NCBI GenBank assembly: GCA_937988735.1
Contig: CALKHQ010000337.1
Span: 1 to 49,122, forward strand
Source: an uncultured Alphaproteobacteria bacterium
GTDB lineage: Bacteria > Pseudomonadota > Alphaproteobacteria > CALKHQ01
Direction of reading: 5' to 3'
DNA length: 49,122 nucleotides
The notes beneath the pieces are model-generated. The model saw nothing but the letters and a program-made list of their open reading frames with translations. It did no database searches and had not been told where the DNA came from. Made by a program: the position numbers and the translations under genes. Position 1 is the stretch's first letter; each line of letters opens with the position of its first letter. Positions 44,805 to 49,122 of this stretch are shown piece by piece.

Positions 44805-45350
44805 CTATCGCTTCGAGCGCTCGATCCAACCGGCGAACCTGTCAAGATAGTCCGACAGGAAGGCTGCCGTTTCCGCGTCGGTCACCGAGCCGTCCTCGGC
44901 GAACAGCCCCTCCTTCACGGTGAGGTAGATCTGCGCCTCGGCCATCAGCTCGATGCCGAGGACCGTCAGGATGCTGCGGAGCTGGGACTGGGCGACGGCG
45001 GTGCCGATCGCGCCCGGCGATGCGCCCGCGAGGCCGGCGGGCTTGCCCGGCCACGAGCTCTTGCCCCATGGGCGCGAGGCCCAGTCGATCGCGTTCTTGA
45101 TCACCGGGCTCGGTCCGCGGTTGTATTCGGGCGCCACGAACAGCACCGCGTCCGCTGCCTCGATCGCGGCCTTGAGCGCGGTGACGCCGGCCGGCGGGTC
45201 GGCCCACAGATCCTCGTTGTAGAGCGGCAGGTCGAGGTCCGGGTACTGGAAGGCGAACCGGTCCGCTCCCAGCTTCTCCATCGCCTTCGCCAGCTTCCGG
45301 TTGATCGAATCCCGGCGCAGGCTGCCCACCAGCACGGCCACCTGATGCAT
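44805..45350 (-). CDS. NADPH-dependent FMN reductase (ChrR/YieF-like)
   Basis: Starts at ATG 45350 inside ORF 44805..45713. Blocks MHQVAVLVGSLRRDSINRKLA and FVAPEYNRGPSPVIKNAIDWASR. Confidence 0.85.
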   Translation of the reverse strand: MHQVAVLVGSLRRDSINRKLAKAMEKLGADRFAFQYPDLDLPLYNEDLWADPPAGVTALKAAIEAADAVLFVAPEYNRGPSPVIKNAIDWASRPWGKSSWPGKPAGLAGASPGAIGTAVAQSQLRSILTVLGIELMAEAQIYLTVKEGLFAEDGSVTDAETAAFLSDYLDRFAGWIERSKR

Positions 45351-45472
45351 CGCGCATTCCTCTCCGCTGTCTCGGCCAGAACCCGCCGATTGATAGGGCG
45401 GGCGCAGGAAAGGGCAAGGCGGATGGTCGAAACGCCCGGGCGGCCCCGCCGCCCGACGGGGACGGGGCCGGC

Positions 45473-46270
45473 TCAGCTCCGGCTGCGGCTTTCCCGGAAA
45501 CGCCGGTCCCGCTCGGTGCGCTCGCGCAGGAGCGTCGCGTAGTGATCCAGAGTGGTGGCGAAGCGGCGGTGCGTGGCCGCGATCTCCGCCGCCTCCAGGA
45601 CCGCGAACACCTCCGGCATCGACCGGCCGTGGCCGGCCCAGCATTCGGGGTGGGTGAGCAGCTGAAAGGAGCGTCCGACGTCGATCAGGTCGTGGGGCGT
45701 GGCCTGGCGCCACGCCATCAGCGAGTCCGAGATGTAGGTCATCGCGCCTTCGGTGAACCTCGGTGCGTAAGCATCGTTGCGGATTCGGGACGAAATGTCG
45801 GCCATCTCGCCGTCGATCGGGATGTGCTGCGCGGCCGACACGACCGGCTGCCCGCTCAGATCCTCGAGCAGGCGCACGTCGGCGGCGAGGTTGCGCTGCG
45901 CATCCGGCCCGACGTAGCGGCCAGCCACATAGTGCAGCCCGATCTCGTGTCCGGCCTCGACGAGGGCGCGGATGACCGCGCGTCCGGCCGGGGCGAGCAG
46001 GTTGTAGAACTCGCAGGCGACCTGGATGAAGTAGGTGGCGCTGGCATCGACCGACGCCTCGATCTCGGCGAGCGCGAGCGCCGACTCGAGGTCGTGGTCC
46101 ATGTCGTGGCGCAGCAGCAGCACCGGTCCGCCGTCGGTGCCGGGGAAGTCGCGGAAGCTGGTCAGCCGGTAGCCGGCCGCCAGCGCCCGCTCGAGGATGC
46201 CGCGATAGCCCTCCGGGCTGAAGTAGCGGTCGTCGCCGTGGTCGCGGAACGGCGAAGGGTCGGTCGTCAC
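45473..46270 (-). CDS. polysaccharide deacetylase-like (divergent CE4) protein
   Basis: 265 aa. LLLRHDMDHD metal/acid motif, ATYFI strand and HEIGLH block, reminiscent of the CE4 NodB fold. The assignment is by motif recall only. Confidence 0.55.
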   Translation of the reverse strand: MTTDPSPFRDHGDDRYFSPEGYRGILERALAAGYRLTSFRDFPGTDGGPVLLLRHDMDHDLESALALAEIEASVDASATYFIQVACEFYNLLAPAGRAVIRALVEAGHEIGLHYVAGRYVGPDAQRNLAADVRLLEDLSGQPVVSAAQHIPIDGEMADISSRIRNDAYAPRFTEGAMTYISDSLMAWRQATPHDLIDVGRSFQLLTHPECWAGHGRSMPEVFAVLEAAEIAATHRRFATTLDHYATLLRERTERDRRFRESRSRS

Positions 46271-46274
46271 CCGG

Positions 46275-47318
46275 TCAGGCCGCCTGCCGCTTCGCCTCGC
46301 GGTCGCGGTAGTGGGCGAGCGTCAGCTCCATCCCCTTCGCGAACGGCATCTCCGGCTCGAAGCCGAGCAGCGTGCGGGCGCGCGAGATGTCGGGCACGCG
46401 GTTCCAGCTGTCGTCGAACGACTGGCTGTAGGTGAAGGCATCGGCCTGGATCGGCAGCGGCTGGTCGAGCAGCCCCATGCGGACGGCGGCCGCGTTCATG
46501 TACTCCGCGAGCTCGCGCATCGACATCGGGTTGTCGGCGCCGATGTTGAAGCATTCGGTGAAGGGCGCCGCGTGGGCCGCGGTGTAGGCCAGCGCCTGCA
46601 CCATGCCGCGCACGGTGTCCCCGACCCAGCAGAAGCTGCGCCGTTGCCGCCCGTCGCCGGACAGCCGCATCGGCGTGCGGGTGAGGATGTTGTGGATGAA
46701 GTGCGGCACCACCCGCTTCGGCGCCGGGTAGTCCATCGCCGGGCCGTAGGTGTTGAACACCCGGATCACCACGCTGCGCGCGGCCGAGTTGGCGATCAGG
46801 TTCTCCTCCAGCGCCTTCACGTGCGCATACACCCAGCGGTTCACCTGCGGCCGCTCGAACACCAGCCGGTCGTCCTCGCGCATCGGCTTGTTGTGGTACA
46901 TGTGCGAATGGGCGGCGTAGACGTCGGCCGAGGAGGCGAACAGCGCCACGTGCTCCGGCGTCAGCAGCCGCGCCAGGTGCATGGTGCCGCGCAGGTTGTC
47001 GACGGTGTCGAACGGGCGCCGGATGGTCTCCTCGACGCCGACCACGCTGGCGAAGTGCACGATCGTGCGGTGCTCGCGCACCATCCGCGTCATCAGCGGC
47101 TCGTCGAACACCGAGCCCTCGATCGGGGTGATGCCCGGCCGCTCGAGCTGCGGGCAGTTGAAGGTGCTGTTGGCGCAGCTCAGGTCATCGAGCACGGTCA
47201 CGGCGTGACCGGCGCTGACGAGCGCCTCGGCAAGGTAGCGCCCGATGAAGCCGGCGCCGCCAGTGATCAGGATCGGGCCGGGGATCGAGCTGACGTCCTG
47301 TACCTGGGTCATCTGCAT
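46275..47318 (-). CDS. NAD-dependent sugar-nucleotide epimerase/dehydratase (extended SDR)
   Basis: ILITGGAGFIGRYLAEAL Rossmann motif, the YAHVK catalytic motif, and FNTYGP. It lies 4 nt upstream of the deacetylase-like gene. Confidence 0.85.
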   Translation of the reverse strand: MQMTQVQDVSSIPGPILITGGAGFIGRYLAEALVSAGHAVTVLDDLSCANSTFNCPQLERPGITPIEGSVFDEPLMTRMVREHRTIVHFASVVGVEETIRRPFDTVDNLRGTMHLARLLTPEHVALFASSADVYAAHSHMYHNKPMREDDRLVFERPQVNRWVYAHVKALEENLIANSAARSVVIRVFNTYGPAMDYPAPKRVVPHFIHNILTRTPMRLSGDGRQRRSFCWVGDTVRGMVQALAYTAAHAAPFTECFNIGADNPMSMRELAEYMNAAAVRMGLLDQPLPIQADAFTYSQSFDDSWNRVPDISRARTLLGFEPEMPFAKGMELTLAHYRDREAKRQAA

Positions 47319-47426
47319 AACTCCTTGCCTTTCGCCGGCCTGGCCTGAGCCGGCGTCTCGGGTTGCATGGTCGCGATGCCGCGTTGTCGTGTCCGGGCTT
47401 CGCGCCTGCCGGCGCGTGTCCGGCTG

Positions 47427-48494
47427 TTATCCGTTGACGGCCCTCGGCCAGTCGATTGCGGCTCCGCCCGCAGGCCGGATGGCGCTCACGTCGAGCTCGC
47501 CGAAGCTGTCGGGGGCCCGGCGGCGGGCGCGCAGCGCTGCCCGCGCGGTCGGGATCAGGAAGACGTAGCCGGCGAGCATGGTCTCGACATAGGCGACCGC
47601 GCGACGGAGCGCGCCGCGCCAGTCCGCCCGCCCGGCGCCGTTCCCGCGCAGGGTCACCACGTTGCTCTTCGCCCCGAAGGCAAGCCGCTTCGCCTTGTCC
47701 ACGAAGCGTGCGGCGTTGGCCGGGTTGAGCAGGAAGGCGAGGTCGAGCAGCGGCAGCAGCGCAATGCGCCACCACGGATAGTTCTTCAGCACGAAGTACA
47801 TCCGGCTGCGTCCGTTGCGCCAGGGCATGAGCTTTCGCGCCTCGCCGACATAGTGGTGCACCACCGGCGAGCGGCCGACGACGACATTGCGCAGCCCGAG
47901 CTTGTTCACGCGGTAGCAGAAGTCGTTGTCATCCCAGTGGAACAGGCAGCCCGGGTCGAAGCCGCCCAGACGGACGAACAGCTCGCGGCGCATGAACATG
48001 TTGCAGCCCTCGAGCATGTTGGTGTCGTGCAGCTCCCACGCCGGCCGGCCCAGGAGCATGCGCCCGCGGACCATGCCGTTGGCCGTCATGCGCAGGTCCT
48101 TGGTGCCGATGACCTGGCCGTCGCGGTCCAGCGCCGCCTCGCCGCCGATCACCCCGATCGTCGGGTCGGACTCGAGCAGCGCGATCAGGCGGCGTGCGGC
48201 CTGCGGATCGACGATCTCCGCATCATTGTCCAGCACCCACAGATAGGTGCCGGTGGTGAAGCGGGCGGCGGCGTTGCGGCCGTGGCAGATGCCCAGGTTC
48301 TCCGGCGAGCGGTACAGCCGGACGGACGGAAATTCGCGGGCGATCATGTCCGGGGCGTCGTTGGTGCTGGCGTTGTCGACGACAACGACCTCGACGTCCG
48401 GATAGTCGAGAGCCAGGATGCTTCGCAGACAGGTCCGCATCGCCTCGATCCGGTTGTACGACAGGACGATGACGGACAGGCGCGGCTCGCCCAA
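47427..48494 (-). CDS. family 2 glycosyltransferase
   Basis: LSVIVLSYNRIEAMRTCLRSILALDYPDVEVVVVDNASTND and LDNDAEI (DxD) motifs. The start is TTG at 48494, with GGGGG 8-9 nt upstream; no in-frame ATG is nearby. Confidence 0.85.
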   Translation of the reverse strand: MGEPRLSVIVLSYNRIEAMRTCLRSILALDYPDVEVVVVDNASTNDAPDMIAREFPSVRLYRSPENLGICHGRNAAARFTTGTYLWVLDNDAEIVDPQAARRLIALLESDPTIGVIGGEAALDRDGQVIGTKDLRMTANGMVRGRMLLGRPAWELHDTNMLEGCNMFMRRELFVRLGGFDPGCLFHWDDNDFCYRVNKLGLRNVVVGRSPVVHHYVGEARKLMPWRNGRSRMYFVLKNYPWWRIALLPLLDLAFLLNPANAARFVDKAKRLAFGAKSNVVTLRGNGAGRADWRGALRRAVAYVETMLAGYVFLIPTARAALRARRRAPDSFGELDVSAIRPAGGAAIDWPRAVNG

Positions 48495-48610
48495 CGGATT
48501 GACCCCCAGAAGAAACTGCGCCCCGACAGGCGGCAGACTTGCGGCACCCAGTATCCCCCAGTCCGCCGGCGCCCAACCCTGAGGCCGGCGGTGGTGCCTC
48601 TCTGGCCAGA

Positions 48611-48639
48611 ATAGTTGGAAATCCTTACAGGATTGTCAA
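48611..48639 (-). promoter_or_regulatory. candidate sigma70-type promoter for the GT2-epimerase-deacetylase operon
   Basis: The minus strand reads TTGACA (48639-48634), 17-nt spacer, AACTAT (48616-48611), about 110 nt upstream of the GT2 start in an AT-rich intergenic patch. Sequence match only. Confidence 0.3.
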
Positions 48640-48853
48640 TCGGACATTTGCCGCGAAGTTGCGTCAATGTTGTGACAAAATGTAACAAATGGGGTGCGCG
48701 ACACTTTGTCATCGCTGTGCGCGAGGCCGTGGCTGCGCAACCCTCGCAATATATCTCGCCCAAAAGCGCTTGTTTTCATTGGGCAATGACTTGCAGGCGG
48801 CGCTGCCGCCACAGCGAAACGACTGTGGAGCCTTCCCGGGAGCGCAGCCGCAC

Positions 48854-49122
48854 TCAGAGGAGGCCGGTCTCCTCGAAGTAGCGCACCGCCCCCGGGTGCA
48901 GAGGGGCGGCCAGCGCCTCGTGCACCATTGCATGCATGTCGAGCCCCGCCAGCACCGGATGCAGGCGGGTGAAGTCGGCGAAGTCCTGGAACACCGCGGC
49001 GACGACCAGGTAGACGATGTCGTCCGGCACCCGTGTTGCGGACACCAGCGTCGCCTTCTGCCCGAAGGTCGCCACGTCGGTATCGTTGCCCGGGTACAGG
49101 CCGCCGGGGATCGTTGCGGGGG
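48854..49122 (-). CDS. TAXI-family TRAP transporter solute-binding protein, C-terminal fragment (gene continues past the right edge)
   Basis: The frame is open from the window edge. ...PGGLYPGNDTDVATFGQKATLVSATRVPDDIVYLVVAAVFQDFADFTRLHPVLAGLDMHAMVHEALAAPLHPGAVRYFEETGLL* matches the conserved TAXI C-terminus (LHPGA..Y..E.G). Confidence 0.8.
   Translation of the reverse strand, partial: PATIPGGLYPGNDTDVATFGQKATLVSATRVPDDIVYLVVAAVFQDFADFTRLHPVLAGLDMHAMVHEALAAPLHPGAVRYFEETGLL

Noticed and set aside
1-49122. CRISPR arrays, IS elements, integrases, prophage or conjugation genes, rRNA operons, toxin-antitoxin pairs
   Set aside because: Both strands were scanned by eye and via the ORF track. I found no regularly spaced direct repeats and no transposase, integrase, recombinase or phage-structural signatures. 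The only repeats are the two tandem gene duplications and the short operator-like repeats reported above.

Overview
High-GC (about two-thirds to 70% G+C by eye) chromosomal segment that looks alphaproteobacterial. The supporting markers are a truncated HprK, the hprK-rapZ-EIIA(Man)-HPr-ahcY-PAS kinase order, the rluD-rpoH pair and an Omp25/31-type porin. I resolve about 50 protein genes and one tRNA-Glu(CUC). I see no transposase, integrase, IS end, CRISPR array or rRNA. Most long ORFs in the six-frame track are antisense or out-of-frame artefacts of the GC content, and several true genes are only the 3' part of a listed ORF, so starts were re-derived by hand. One real gene, at the left edge, is missing from the track because it has no stop in the window. 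Content falls into five groups. (1) Housekeeping: ahcY, dapB, rpoH, rluD, rmuC, rtcB, ltaE. (2) Accessory metabolism: a DMFase-like two-subunit amidase, NMO, two Gfo/Idh/MocA enzymes, a form-II CoxL-like protein, pirin, two GFA paralogs and an FMN reductase. (3) Three MFS transporters. (4) An envelope cluster: Sel1/PG-binding protein, an orphan TpsB (ShlB/FhaC), a BTLCP/LapG-like protease and unknown secreted proteins. (5) A small glycan-modification cluster. The best candidates for something undescribed are: (a) a tandemly duplicated family of small Sec-exported six-cysteine proteins with a near-identical duplicated leader, embedded in a run of small secreted or lipoproteins (42.6-44.8 kb); (b) a single-gene low-GC insertion encoding a HEAT-like orphan protein (8.7-9.8 kb); (c) the TpsB with no TpsA partner; (d) a strong terminator and 225 nt of unassigned transcript space just upstream of a stand-alone rtcB. 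None of these can be assigned a function from sequence alone, and all family calls rest on my recall of motifs, not on database searches.
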